A DNA stretch of 57,376 nucleotides from Girardia tigrina (lineage: Eukaryota), in contig MQRK01248175.1 of assembly GCA_001938485.1 (NCBI GenBank), forward strand, positions 1-57,376. The letters are read 5' to 3'. Both the position numbers and the translations under genes were made by a program. The notes under the pieces are model-generated. The model was not told the origin of the DNA and made no database searches. It saw only the letters and a list, made by a program, of their open reading frames with translations. Shown here one piece after another: positions 1-11,576 of the stretch; position 1 is the first letter of the stretch, and every line of letters starts with the position of its first letter.

Positions 1-250
1 GTTAGATTTAATATTCAAATTTTTAGTTTTTATTATTGTACTTTTTAAATAATTTTAATGATTTTATTTTTGTAAATTTTTAAATAATTAAAATCAAATT
101 AATGTTTAAAAATAACTATTAAAATATTTTATTAGTTATTTTTAAACATTAATTTGATTTTAATTATTTAAAAATTTACAAAAATAAAATCATTAAAATT
201 ATTTTAAAAGTACAATAATAAAAACTAAAAATTTGAATATTAAATCTAAC
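1..250. repeat. Near-perfect 250-bp AT-rich palindrome (foldback)
   Basis: 1-10 gttagattta is the reverse complement of 241-250 taaatctaac. The arms pair inward to the self-complementary centre aaaatatttt (121-130), with about 2 mismatches seen. Confidence 0.95.
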
Positions 251-392
251 TTTAAATAAATTAGTTTCAGATTATAAAAATTAAATATTGACAATCCATC
301 TGGTTAGGAGAGGCACAATCCCAAATCAACATACAACATTTAAACATACAAAAACTACACAAAAAACATCCACACACCAAATATTCCTCACA
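251..392 (-). repeat. Short TG-rich dispersed repeat, possible LTR or solo LTR
   Basis: Minus strand begins tgtgaggaatattt and contains tctcctaaccagatgg. Related segments lie at 6160-6254, 27683-27810 and 45400-45510. Confidence 0.5.
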
Positions 393-399
393 AGATACA

Positions 400-2100
400 C
401 CCTTTTTTAAATACATTCTGAGTTTCTAAAATAAAGTCTAGTATTCTATTCATGATCTTCGGAGCCAAGCCAATTCAAAACCAAATCGAGTTAATTGATA
501 TGAACAATCATTAATAACACTCGCTGATGTTCCCACAGATCTTTTTCAACATGTATCTGTAAGTATGCATTTTTTAGATCAATAATTTTACAATTTCCAG
601 ACATTTTTCTCTACTTGCGGAGCGATTCACTAACTGTTATTGTATCCATCGTGTGAGAATGAATAAACTTATTAACCTCCCTGAAATCCAAAACAGGTCT
701 TACCTTCCCTTTTGCTTCTTGTTTTACGCACATGAGAGGAATAATTCCATTCTTGTTTCTCTCAACTGGAACAAGTCATCCGTTATTAATCCATCTTTCC
801 AGTTCCTTAAATTACTCCTCCCTGCCTTCTTCACCCACCTTATATTGAGCCACAGTGTTCCGTAAAATTGGTTTTATGTCCTTCCCTTTCCATCTTACCA
901 CACATCGACTACCATCAAACATTGCTGTTAAGTCAACATCATCGATCACTGTGCACTCAAAAATATTTTTTCTACTCGCATAATCTATGACATGAAGATT
1001 TATCTTCTCATCTTGTTTGTTCGAATTCCATGACACATTGCCATCTACATAAATTTCAATACCTCCTAATTTCTTTATCAAATCCATTTTGAAAATCGCA
1101 TTAACACAAGGTACTAGTTTATTCATCACTAAAATATCTCTATTTACTCTTTTTCTTCCTACGGTTACTTCAACATTAACTTGCATTTTATACACTACTT
1201 TTATTCCACCCACTCCAGTGACCAATCCTCCTTTTTCGTTAATCTCTCCACAGCATACTTTTCTCTCGATCATACTCACATGCTGCCAGTATCTATCAGT
1301 GCCTGGACCTTTATACCATTTATCCAAGCACTCAAAATTAGTAGCGTCTGAATTATAATAGGAGAGCCAGTGACGCCTACAAATCTCCATTGTAGTTTAA
1401 ATTATTGCAATTGCTTGCAGAATGGCCCGGTTGACCGCAAGTATAGCATTTAGCAAAAGATGTTTTATATAGGCGCCCTTCATCCACCTTCTCGACACCG
1501 TTATTGGACTTTTGTGACCTTTCTTGGGGAGCGTTCTGCCACGAACGTTTCCCATCACTTCCTGGTGGCTGTCGAACATCATCTCGAATCAATTTATTGT
1601 CCTTGCTATTCCTGATGGCCAAAACAATTTTTTCTCGATTTTCCCTTAAAAATACATCGGCCTTACTGGCAATACAATCTAAACTTATCTTTGAATATTC
1701 GATCAAAGTTTGTATTTTTTCCTTCACATTCGACGGAAAAGAGCGGATAAAAAATAACCTTATTGTATTTTCGTCGGTAATGCGACACTTTGAGCATAAG
1801 AGCTTTATATCACTCAATAAACTCTGGGCACTTTCATCGCCGTTCCATTTTGTTTGCTTAAATTCATCAAAAACTTCCACATCATTTTTTTGAAACATTT
1901 CTTTCTATGCCGATTCGATTTCATCGATATCGCATTACCGCGATTTATCTAAATTAACCCAGACATCATATGCATTACCTTCTTGCAACATTGACATAGC
2001 TTTAGCCAAATCTATGACTTTAGCCCGATCGAGCCACTTCTCAATATCCTCTTCTTCATTGTACTGTTTAACATTTTTAATCAATGTCTTCATCTTGACT
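400..2100 (-). mobile_element. Truncated, degraded LTR retrotransposon (gag, protease, N-terminal RT)
   Basis: Gag has a CCHC knuckle CYTCGQPGHSASNC (ORF 1377-1898). Protease ALIDTGS lies in the -1 frame. RT motifs KVRPVLDFREVN, IDLKNAYLQI and LAPKIMNRIL are broken by stops and frameshifts. Homologous to the element at 22135-25750. Confidence 0.85.
1344..1401 (-). promoter_or_regulatory. Programmed -1 ribosomal frameshift signal (gag/pro)
   Basis: In-frame U_UUA_AAC (plus 1395-1401), 6-nt spacer, stems GGAGA/UCUCC and GCGUC/GACGC in H-type pseudoknot order. The -1 frame reads KLQWRF...VQALIDTGS. Confidence 0.75.
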
Positions 2101-3218
2101 GAGTAGCTTGTAAGTTTGAACAAATTGAGATGAAACAAAAAAACAAATCTCTCTTTTAATAAAAATTTATTGTTACGGCAAAAACCTCAATATTAAAACA
2201 AATATTTCATTAATAATTATATTTTTTAAAAACACAATTTTAATGTCTTTCCCATAGAGAATGAGCACATTTTCGATTTTTAAACGAGTATTTTAGCAAT
2301 TAAATCACATGCGATTTTCTTTCTTTTTTTACTTTATCCGTATATGATATATAGCATTTTTTCCGACGCAATTTTCTTTACCTTCTAATGATTCGTTTGA
2401 GAACTGAATTCAGCTCTACCACACCGGATTAAGCCGAATCCCCAAACAATATCTACTTATAAATTATAAGTAGTTTATATTACGCTAAAAAAGTAAAGAT
2501 AAAAAATTAAATGTAATAGTAATTTTATCATCTACAAAAGATAACAAAAAATTCTCTGAGCCAAGTAGATTTCTGTCAGTATAAAGAATGGATAAAAATA
2601 TTTTTTTTTGATATACTAGTTTGTGTTTTATGTAATTATTTATTTTTTGTTAAAATTTTAAATTAAAATATTCTTAAATTATTTGGCGATTTGAATATTT
2701 TAACTGACTCTCTTAATTTTATCGTCATTTGTCTAAAAAAGGTCAATAAAACAATAACTAAAACAATAACTACCTAACTAATAACATGAATGAAAAACGA
2801 TGGATGAAAGAAGTAAGAGAAATAAAATCAAATCCAAAATAGGAAATATAATTTATTATTTCATTATTAAAATTTTCCTTTTACAAAGTTTTTTTAATGA
2901 AACGTTTTTCCCGTTAAATTTAAATGTAAAGTTGATGAAAAAATATTTAAATTAGAAAAAAATGATAATTAATTAATCAATGTTAATTTCCATAAGAAAA
3001 ACGTAATGTAAAATAGATTATTCACGCTGGTTTTTAATTAGATTTTTCGCTTAATTTTTTACTGTACCAACACCAAATACAATTTTAATACAAAAATATA
3101 TGTTAGAAATTTAATTTATTAATAAATGAATTTTTTTTAAATTTTAGTTTTTAACAATAAAAATGTACAAAAATATTTTATAAACAAAAGCACACCATTT
3201 ATTAAATTTATTTTTTAT

Positions 3219-3257
3219 GACAATTAATTTCGACGGTATAACCGTCATCGTCAGGTC
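3219..3257 (-). ncRNA. Minimal type I hammerhead ribozyme motif (PLE-associated)
   Basis: Minus strand reads GAC-CUGACGA-U-GACGG-uuaua-CCGUC-GAAA-UUAA-UU-GUC: intact core boxes, 5-bp stem II, palindromic stem III. It lies about 70 nt 3' of a GIY-YIG ORF stop. Confidence 0.75.
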
Positions 3258-3328
3258 TCAAGAAAGAAATGAATTTTAAATCTGCTTATTTAGGCAAGCA
3301 GTGATTATGTCATCAATGGATTATTATG

Positions 3329-3760
3329 TCATCTAAACACGCTTAATAGGGTTTTCGANNNNNNNNNNNNNNNNNNNNNNNNNNNNNNNNNNNNNNNNNN
3401 NNNNNNNNNNNNNNNNNNNACCCTCTCCCAATAGTTTTTAAAACGAGAACACAGAATTTTAAAATCATTTATGTTTATGTTTTCATTCGACTTACAACCC
3501 TTTCTGTGTTCTGCAATATTACTCCCACCTACATTCCGCCCATGTTCTTGGATTCTACTACAGAGATGACGGGACGTCTCTCCAATGTATGTGGCATTAC
3601 ACCCATTACATGTAAATTTATATACGAGATCCGAACATAATCCAAATGGGGTTGGAGATTTATTACAAAACACATTTTGGATTTTATATGTTTGTGATAT
3701 TATTTTTAAATTAAAGGCATTATTTATGCATTATTTTTATTTCTTATTTTTGATAATCAA
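3329..3760 (-). mobile_element. Penelope-like element fragment, GIY-YIG endonuclease
   Basis: LVYKFTCNGCNATYIGETSRHLCSRIQEH...SNIAEH; contains an N-gap. Confidence 0.9.
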
Positions 3761-3769
3761 ACTGACATA

Positions 3770-4290
3770 GATCCATTTTTAGGATACTTAAATTCTTTGC
3801 ATCAAAATATTAAGTTTACAACAGAAACAGAGAATAATGGTAAATTATCTTTCTTAGATTTACTGATTGAAAGGAAAAGAGATGTTTATGAGACTGAGAT
3901 TCACAGAAAGAAAACTGATACTGGGTTATATACAACNNNNNNNNNNNNNNNNNNNNNNNNNNNNNNNNNNNNNNNNNNNNNNNNNNNNNNNNNNNNNNNN
4001 NNTGGTCATTATCATCAACTTATACAAAAAGTTGTGATAGCATTAACCAATTAACTAAATTATTAAATAAAAATGGTTATTCAAAATCAATTGTTGAGAA
4101 ATTGACCAAAGAAACAATTGATAAACCGATTATAAATGATAAAGAAGACTCAACAACTTTAAAATATGTTTTAAGCATTCCATATTCAGAGGGATTTGGT
4201 CAATTTAAACGTTCAATTTTAAAATTTATACCGTCGAAATTAATTGTCATAAAAAATAAATTTAATAAATGGCGTGCTTTTGTTTATAAA
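3770..4290 (+). mobile_element. Penelope-like element fragment (RT C-terminal/thumb, internally deleted) with partial terminal repeat
   Basis: HQNIKFTTETENNGKLSFLDLLI...HRKKTDTGLY, then SIPYSEG. 4226-4290 is an inverted copy of 3181-3242 (3' half of the hammerhead plus its flank). Confidence 0.85.
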
Positions 4291-5094
4291 CATAATTTGC
4301 CATTATTTTTTAATTTTTTGAAAAATATTTTACTTTTATTTTTTTTAAAAAATAATTAATTAATTTTCCTTTCTAAATTTGTTAATTTGATAATTTAATT
4401 TGTTTTAGAAAATATAAATTTGGTAATATTTATAAAAGAAAAAATTAAATATTTTTTTCCGAGTCATGTGGATTTCATTAATTTTTCGTTTTACTTTTAA
4501 AAACGAATCGATTTTACATAAAATTTTAGGAAAAAAATACTAATTGAAATGTGAATTAATTGGGGACTAGTACTTTTAACTGTTATTTTGGAGTTCTTTT
4601 TTAAATTTTATAATTTAATAAAATAATGTACTTTTAAAAAATGTTTAAAGTCTAAATATGGTTCTCCGACATATATTTATTTATATTAAAATTCATACAT
4701 TTTGTTTATATACAATAGGGTAAAATATATACTACCCTAGCCAAAAAGTCAACCGGACACATGATTTCTAGTAATCACGGTTTTAAATGAGTATAAAATA
4801 TGAACAAATATCATGGATTTGTATAAAATAAAAATTTCTTTATAATTTAACTCAGTTTATTAATAGTTTAACAATAAAAACTTTAAATCTCTGAATAATA
4901 AAAAATTATTTCAATCTGAGAACGATTTGTATTGGTTCAAAAGTCACCAGACAGGCTCAGACGTCACTCGACAGATCAAAAAACTTTTTAAAATTATATT
5001 AATTCTTAGAAAATAATAAACAAATTTATTAATATTAACAAACAGTAATAATAAATTTATTTAAATATAACATTTATATATACATACACTCAGA

Positions 5095-5730
5095 ATCACA
5101 TTTCGGTACCTGATTCATCCACTGCGCCCTGTTTTATCAATGATTGACACGGTTCAGTACAGAGTCGCGAAGGTTCTTGATTCACTATTGAGTCCTTTAA
5201 TTTCAAATGATCTTGAGATTAGGGATAGCTTTGATTTCAAAGATTTCATTTTGAATCATGTACCGAAATGTGATTCTGAGTGTATGGTCTCATTTGATGT
5301 CTCCAGTTTATTCAAGAACGTACCTATCGATGAAACTATTGATTTGTGTGAAAAAATATTGGATGGGAGCTCTAACTCTGTGAATAAAATAATGAAACAG
5401 CAGACACTGAAAGAACCTCTTAAATTTTGTGCAAAAAATGTACCTTTTCTTTTTAATGATGAATGGTACATTTAGGAAGACGGTGTCGCAATGGGTTCCC
5501 CATTAGCATCAACTTTGGCATCAATCTTTATGAAGAACCATTCCTAACATTCATGAATGGTCTTCATCCGAATATTAAATTTACCACAGAATTGGAAGTA
5601 GATAATAAACTTCCCTTTCTGGATATTCTTGTCACTAGGATGACTGGAGGCTATAAAACTGAATTATTCAGAAAGGCAACAGATACAGGTCTTTACACAA
5701 CACCAGAGTTTTTGTGAGGAAAAATACAGA
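5095..5730 (+). mobile_element. Penelope-like element RT fragment (pseudogene)
   Basis: PLRPVLSMI, SFDVSSLF, DGVAMGSPLA, HPNIKFTTELEVDNKLPFLDILV, RKATDTGLY. There is an internal deletion across the YxDD region. Confidence 0.9.
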
Positions 5731-5734
5731 GAGT

Positions 5735-6040
5735 ATTAAGAACACCAATATGGGTTTTTGAATCTTCATTTTCAATACAATTAAAATTGTCTTTTGGACA
5801 ACTCTCAGCAAAGCTTTCGTAATTCGACATCGTTCTAAATTGATGAATTTTAGTTAATGTTTTTTAATAAACAATTATTCGAACAAATTTTTCATTATTT
5901 TTAGATTTTATTTTTAAAGTTCAAAATTTGTAATTTTAGTAATAATTTTATCTACATATTAATTTTATTTAAAAAATGATTTTATGTAAAGAAAGAACAT
6001 TTATTTAATTTAAAACTTAGTTAAAAGCTATTTACTTTAT
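5735..6040 (-). repeat. Dispersed ~300-bp repeat with mini-ORF start MSNYESFAESCPKDN
   Basis: Clearly alignable with 57070-57376; more divergent relatives at 28180-28270 and 45020-45160. Confidence 0.85.
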
Positions 6041-6159
6041 TTAAATTTTTAATATGAAAATTTGAAACGATTTAATATTCTTAAAGTTTTTTAAATATCT
6101 TATGCAGTACTTTAAAATGCAAATTATACTCGACTAATTATTTATCGTGAACATCCAAA

Positions 6160-6254
6160 ATATCAATTTTCCATCTGGGTGGGAGAAACACATTTCCAAA
6201 TACTAAACTCAACATACAAAATTCAATATACCAAATTTAAAATATTCCTCATAG
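6160..6254 (-). repeat. Short TG-rich dispersed repeat copy
   Basis: Minus strand tatgaggaatattt ... tctcccacccagatgg, shared with 251-392 and 45400-45510. Confidence 0.55.
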
Positions 6255-7180
6255 GGTATGATAAAAGGCCTTGTAATTTTGGTGGTTTTTTATATGTTTT
6301 CGATGATTTATAAGGTGTTTTTAAGGGTTTTTAAGGTAATGGTGATGGTTTCTAAGGTGTTTTCGACTGTTTTTATATATATAATATTAATAGGTTATGT
6401 ATCATGGTTACGGTAACCTAGGTACTTTTGATGGTTGATGCCTAGGCTCAGATACTTTAGGTGATTGTGTAGGTGCTATGTATAATGTCTATGCACGTTT
6501 TAAGTATAATAGGAGTTTTAAACATGTGGATTTTACATGTAAAATAAAAGGTTATGTATCTTGGTTACGTTAACCAAGGTACTTGTGATTGTTAATGTGG
6601 TACATTAGGCAATTCACGAGGCATTGTTTGATGGTAAACAACATACATATATCCCATGGATTTCAGATATATACGAAAAAATCTATTTTTGAGCACTTTT
6701 TTGAGAATTTCAGAAATGTTCGAAAAATTCAATTTATCAGCACCTTTTTGAAAGTGTTGATGTGGAATCTGAATCTGCGTATATTGGTTACTATTCAAGT
6801 GCATCAGCACATTTTGGATATTCTGCTTTCTTCTGTCTCTAAAATAGATGTGCATTTTGTGTAAATTTGCATATTATGTTAATTATAGAGAAAATTAATC
6901 AATATATGAAAATTCTAATTGCACATTCAGATAGAGAATCAAAAGGTGCATTCAACAAAGGATATTGATTTATTGACAAGAGCACTTTTAAAAATTTTAT
7001 GTATTGATTTTTACACTTTTGCACATGTGCAACTTAAAAAGCACTATGCTAGCACATTAGAAATGTGCGGCACAAAGTGCACTATTGATTAGCACTTTTA
7101 AAAGTAGCGATTAGCACATTGGTGCACTTTGAAGCAATCGATTAGCACTTTTTTCATCGGTTTCTATAGAAAGGGTGACG

Positions 7181-7255
7181 GTTGCTATGGATACTATAAC
7201 CGTTACCATGGTTACAACCACTTAGTATCCGTTGCTAATGAAATAACATAGCAAC
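7181..7255. promoter_or_regulatory. Cluster of RFX X-box-like motifs
   Basis: GTTGCTATGGATAC (7181-7194), GTTACCATGGTTAC (7202-7215), and half sites GTTGCTA (7231) and TAGCAAC (7249-7255). Confidence 0.45.
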
Positions 7256-8133
7256 GAAGATATTTATGCTGTTTTGCTTTGCCTTCATCTTTGAGACTAA
7301 ATAATATAAGCAACTCTAATCAATTTATATAAATTTAAATCTTGAATTTTTCAATTTTGTTATTGATCTACCTGAGAAAATTTACCAAATAAATTTTTGC
7401 TTTGATCTTTAAGTATCTTCTTACTGATAAAAATGAAATTCTTTACGGGCCCCTAAACATCAGTTTTAAATCTAAACAATAAAAAAATTATTTCTGTTTT
7501 AAAAAAATAAATAAACCTAAATTATTTAAAAATCTTTTTTTGGATAACAGTACAAAATAAATATTTTATATTAATTAAAAAATCATCTTAAATTAATGGG
7601 ATCATTAAAACAGTGGCTTCGTCAATCGAAATTTTTTTCCAACCCAAAAACGACACTAAATAAAATTTATTACGTTTAATATAACACAATTAATTTTCTT
7701 CTGCTATTTCTATTTAAACGCTTATTTTAATTAATTTTTAAATTAAAAAATAATTAAAATATAATAAATTGAAAATATTAGAAAACATTTTAAAATATTT
7801 TGCTTCCTATTTATAGTGAAAAGGATTGTAACATTTTAAAAATATAATTAAAAACCAATTAAGATATTTATAATTTTTTTATGATTTTATTAATAAAAAA
7901 ACAAAAATTAATAAATAATAATAAAATAGTATTAAGAAAATTAATTACAAAATACGCGAACTTCTCTTCTGCCTAAAGCTTTTTCAATAACTGAGGAATA
8001 TCAAGAATTAATAATAAATTAAATTTAATTAAAATGCAAAATCTTTTGGTTCTTTTAAAAATGAAATTGTCATAAAAGTAAATAAAAGTGAATATAATAA
8101 AAATATTTTATTAAACATTTATCGTTATTTACA

Positions 8134-8263
8134 TGTGGTATTTGAATTATGAAATACAAATATTTGTATTAATTTGCGCATTTAATTGCACCTTTTGAAA
8201 TAACGTGTATTATTATTATGCTGAAATAAAGTTATTGATCCCTTTGCCTTTTCTTTTACAAAA
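8134..8263 (+). repeat. 5' LTR
   Basis: tgtggtatttgaattatg...aaagttattgatcc...ttttcttttacaa aligns to 11459-11576. Confidence 0.8.
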
Positions 8264-11200
8264 ATTATCACATTAATAATAATTGACAATGATGAAAATG
8301 AATCGACCTCAATTAATTGATAATTCGACTGAAGCATGTGACGGATTCATATTGCAGTTTGAGCGTTTTATACCCGTTACAAAGCCGGCCGAGGAAGACA
8401 AGTTAAATGTAATCTTCATCTGTGTCGGAGAGAAGATTTCCAGGTATTATGATGATGTTGTTTGGGCTGAACTAACTGACGATAAGATAAAGGCTGGTAT
8501 TAAATAATTCGCTTATACTCGTTAAAGCAATCCATTTATGATTTTGTCTGTACTTTGAGACAGATAATCAAATATTGACATTTTCCGGTGTCGTTTGCTG
8601 TTGAAGTGTTGCGTGACGCTTTTGCTCTAGGATTATATTCTAAAGAAAATTGTAAAACTGTATGCCAAAGTTTTGCGCTATTTCATAAAGTTGCCAGAGT
8701 TCAGTTTAGATGATGCTATTTCCGTGGTTCTAGTTAAGAATCCATGATTAATGACATGGAAAGTATCAATAACCAAACCTAAGACGTTAGTTTATCAAAA
8801 CATGAAATTTCGGCTAAAACGACGAAGATTCCTCTTAGTTGTAATCGTTATTGGTGTGGGTCAAAGTCAATACACTGAAGCAAGGAGTGGCACGCAAAAG
8901 AAGAGTATTATAGAAACTGAAACATTCAAGATCACTTTGAGTCAGCATGCAAGAACAAAAAAGCTTCAGCAGTGCAGTATTTTAGTAATACATAATCGTC
9001 AATTCCTAAATATTACCAAGGCAGTCGAAAATGTCTCATATTATGTGAATAAAGCAAAGGTAGATTGGTTTATTGATACTGATATTTCTTTATCATGAAG
9101 ATATCGCTAAAAATATGACAGTAAAGACATTATCCACACCGACCAAAATGCTCAAACTATAAGTAGTTCATTTATAAGGGTGATTGGTAAAGCAAAGATT
9201 CCTTTAAACATCGGTAATGACTGTCAGATTTCGACAAAAAATTTTATCATGCATCGTATCTGTGACGCGGTTATTCTGCGACATGTCAGCGCTTTCCCAG
9301 TCAAAATACTGCAGTTTAATTGTGGACTAAATCTCCCTATTCTCTCATTTGGTGTGGCCAGCCAATCATATGTAATCAATACTATTATTGATGTCAGACT
9401 CGGAGTTTCCTTCGAAGCCGTTCCCATATGTTGTCCACCAAAAAAACGATGAAAAGAAGATAAAAAGTACATCCATGATGAAATTCAAAAGCTACGCACT
9501 GAAGGAGTTATTGTACCTTCTAATTCTTCAGGGTTTTCGTTAATTCATAGTGGTACATTATAAAATTGAAAAACGTCGTATGGTAATAGATTATGTCTCA
9601 ACTATCAATATATTTACAGTGTTTGATGCCTTTCCAATACCGTTAATAGAGGATGTAATCGAAAAATTTTATGGAAATCACTATTTTAGTACTATTGCTT
9701 TACGTTCGGCTTACTATCGGTTTCCTCTACCTGTTAGCCAAAAACACTCCACTGCCTTTGAAGGTGACGACTCTCTATGGTAGTTCATAAGGTTACCTTT
9801 TGGAGTGACTAATGGTGTTCCAAACTTTTTCTGCATGATTAAAGATGTTCTGGTAGATTTGCCTGGCGTAGTTTATTACTACAATGACATAGTTGTTTGC
9901 TTTTCCCCTTTCATTAGAAATTCGACAATGTATAGATACTCTCAAGAAGTCTATAGCCTATATATTATTAGAAGTTCCGGACCCTAATGCTTTCTTACCT
10001 TAGAAACAGATGCTTCTGGTACGTCACTAGGCTCATCATTAATGCAAAAGGGGCGTCCAATCACCTTTTCTTCTCACGGTCTTGATAATATTGATAATAG
10101 TATTTGCATTTATAAAATCTGATGAAAAGTTTCACCAGTATCCTTTAGGGAAGTCTTTTAATATAATTACAGATGAGGAAACTCTAGTTTATTTATTTGA
10201 TGGGCGTCTTAAATCAAATATTAAAAATTATAAACCATGTCGTTGGAGATTGGAACTAGATTACAACATTATTTATAGACCCAAAGTTGCAAACCTAGCA
10301 CCTGAGGCCCTGAGTAGAGTCGCCGCAGTAACGAATAATGAACTCCCTAACGAGGATCAAAAGAATTTAGTAAGTCAAATCCACGATAACATGGGTCATC
10401 CGGGTATCAATGGTTTGTATGTTTTTATGAGACTTTGCAACTATAATTCTTTTTGACTTCTTATATTTCAGAAACAATGAAATGTACTAAACTAAAGCCA
10501 AAGTTTATTTAAATACCATCATCACCTCTGTTACAATCCATCAAAACTTGGCAAAAATCTCCATAGACTTTAAAAGTTCACTTCCAATAACAAATTCAGC
10601 ACACATTTTTACAATAGTCGACGAATATTCCCTTTATTCGTTTCCTTTTCCTTTATGTGAACCATCTACATCAAATGCTGTCTCCTACTTCATGTATCTA
10701 TTTACATTAATGGGGTATCCTAGTTATGTACATAGAGATAAAGGAACTCAACTTGCAAGTGATGAATTGATTGTGTTCCTGAAACACAGGAATTTCTGTA
10801 AGACACATACCACTCCTTTTGATTCATTGATCAGTACGAAAAATAAAAAGTATTATGTAAAAACGGCATAGCTTTGTTTGTTCAAAGAGGCAAAGAGTAT
10901 TTATAAATGGGAAGCAGAGCTTCAATTTGCTCTTGCAAATATCCGAGCATTTCCATCGCGTGCACAACACAATAGTTTTTTTTCAATTTTCAACGGCTAA
11001 GTATATTAGATGACCTCGCTGAATAGAATGAAAATTGAAATTATTCTGCAAGAAATTTTCCACCGTTGGTTAATCCCAGTGCACAGGCATAGTACAAAAA
11101 TATCTGTGATCATCAAAAAACGAGAACCGGTGAGAGAAGTTACAATTTTAGAAGTTTTGTCTGATTTCCATGTCAAAGTTAAAATCCTGAATACTTGATG

Positions 11201-11458
11201 GCAAGTTAATGTTTCATCCAGCCATCTGTCACCTGCTCCAGCAAATGTCAACCCGAATCGAATCATTTTAATGATGAAGTAGAGTTTCCTGTTTCTGCAA
11301 ATAAATATGATTTAGCAGAAGAAGGCTATGACGATGAATCCAATCAAAGTTCTTGTCATGCAAAACGAAAAGTACGAAAACCAGCTAACCTAGATGACTA
11401 CGTTTGTGAAAAATAATATTTGTTAAATTATTATAACATTTTCCTTTCTGTTCGTGAT

Positions 11459-11576
11459 TGTAGTATTTTAATTATGAATTATAAATATTTGTTTTAATTT
11501 GCATATTTTGAAATAACGAGCATTAATATTATTGTGAAACAAAGTTATTGATCACTTTATCTTTTCTTTTACAACA
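11459..11576 (+). repeat. 3' LTR
   Basis: tgtagtattttaattatg...aaagttattgatc...ttttacaaca, followed by the TSD ttaca. Confidence 0.85.

Larger units (their letters stand above)
8134..11576 (+). mobile_element. Full-length but heavily decayed Ty3/gypsy LTR retrotransposon
   Basis: Diverged short LTRs 8134-~8263 and 11459-11576 (the 3' LTR runs TG...CA), perfect 5-bp TSD TTACA. Domain remnants: PR FIDTD; RT RMVIDY, DAFPIP, RLPFGVTNG, YYNDI; RNase H LETDAS, RWRLEL; integrase ISIDFK, IVDEYS, VHRDKG. Confidence 0.9.

Noticed and set aside
1504-1893. Antisense ORFs over TE genes (also 1089-1358, 15294-15602, 17669-18052 and others)
   Set aside because: Shadow frames of A-rich sense ORFs with no motifs.
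6300-6365. TAAGG-containing repeats as interstitial telomere
   Set aside because: Irregular; no tandem TTAGG or TTAGGG run.
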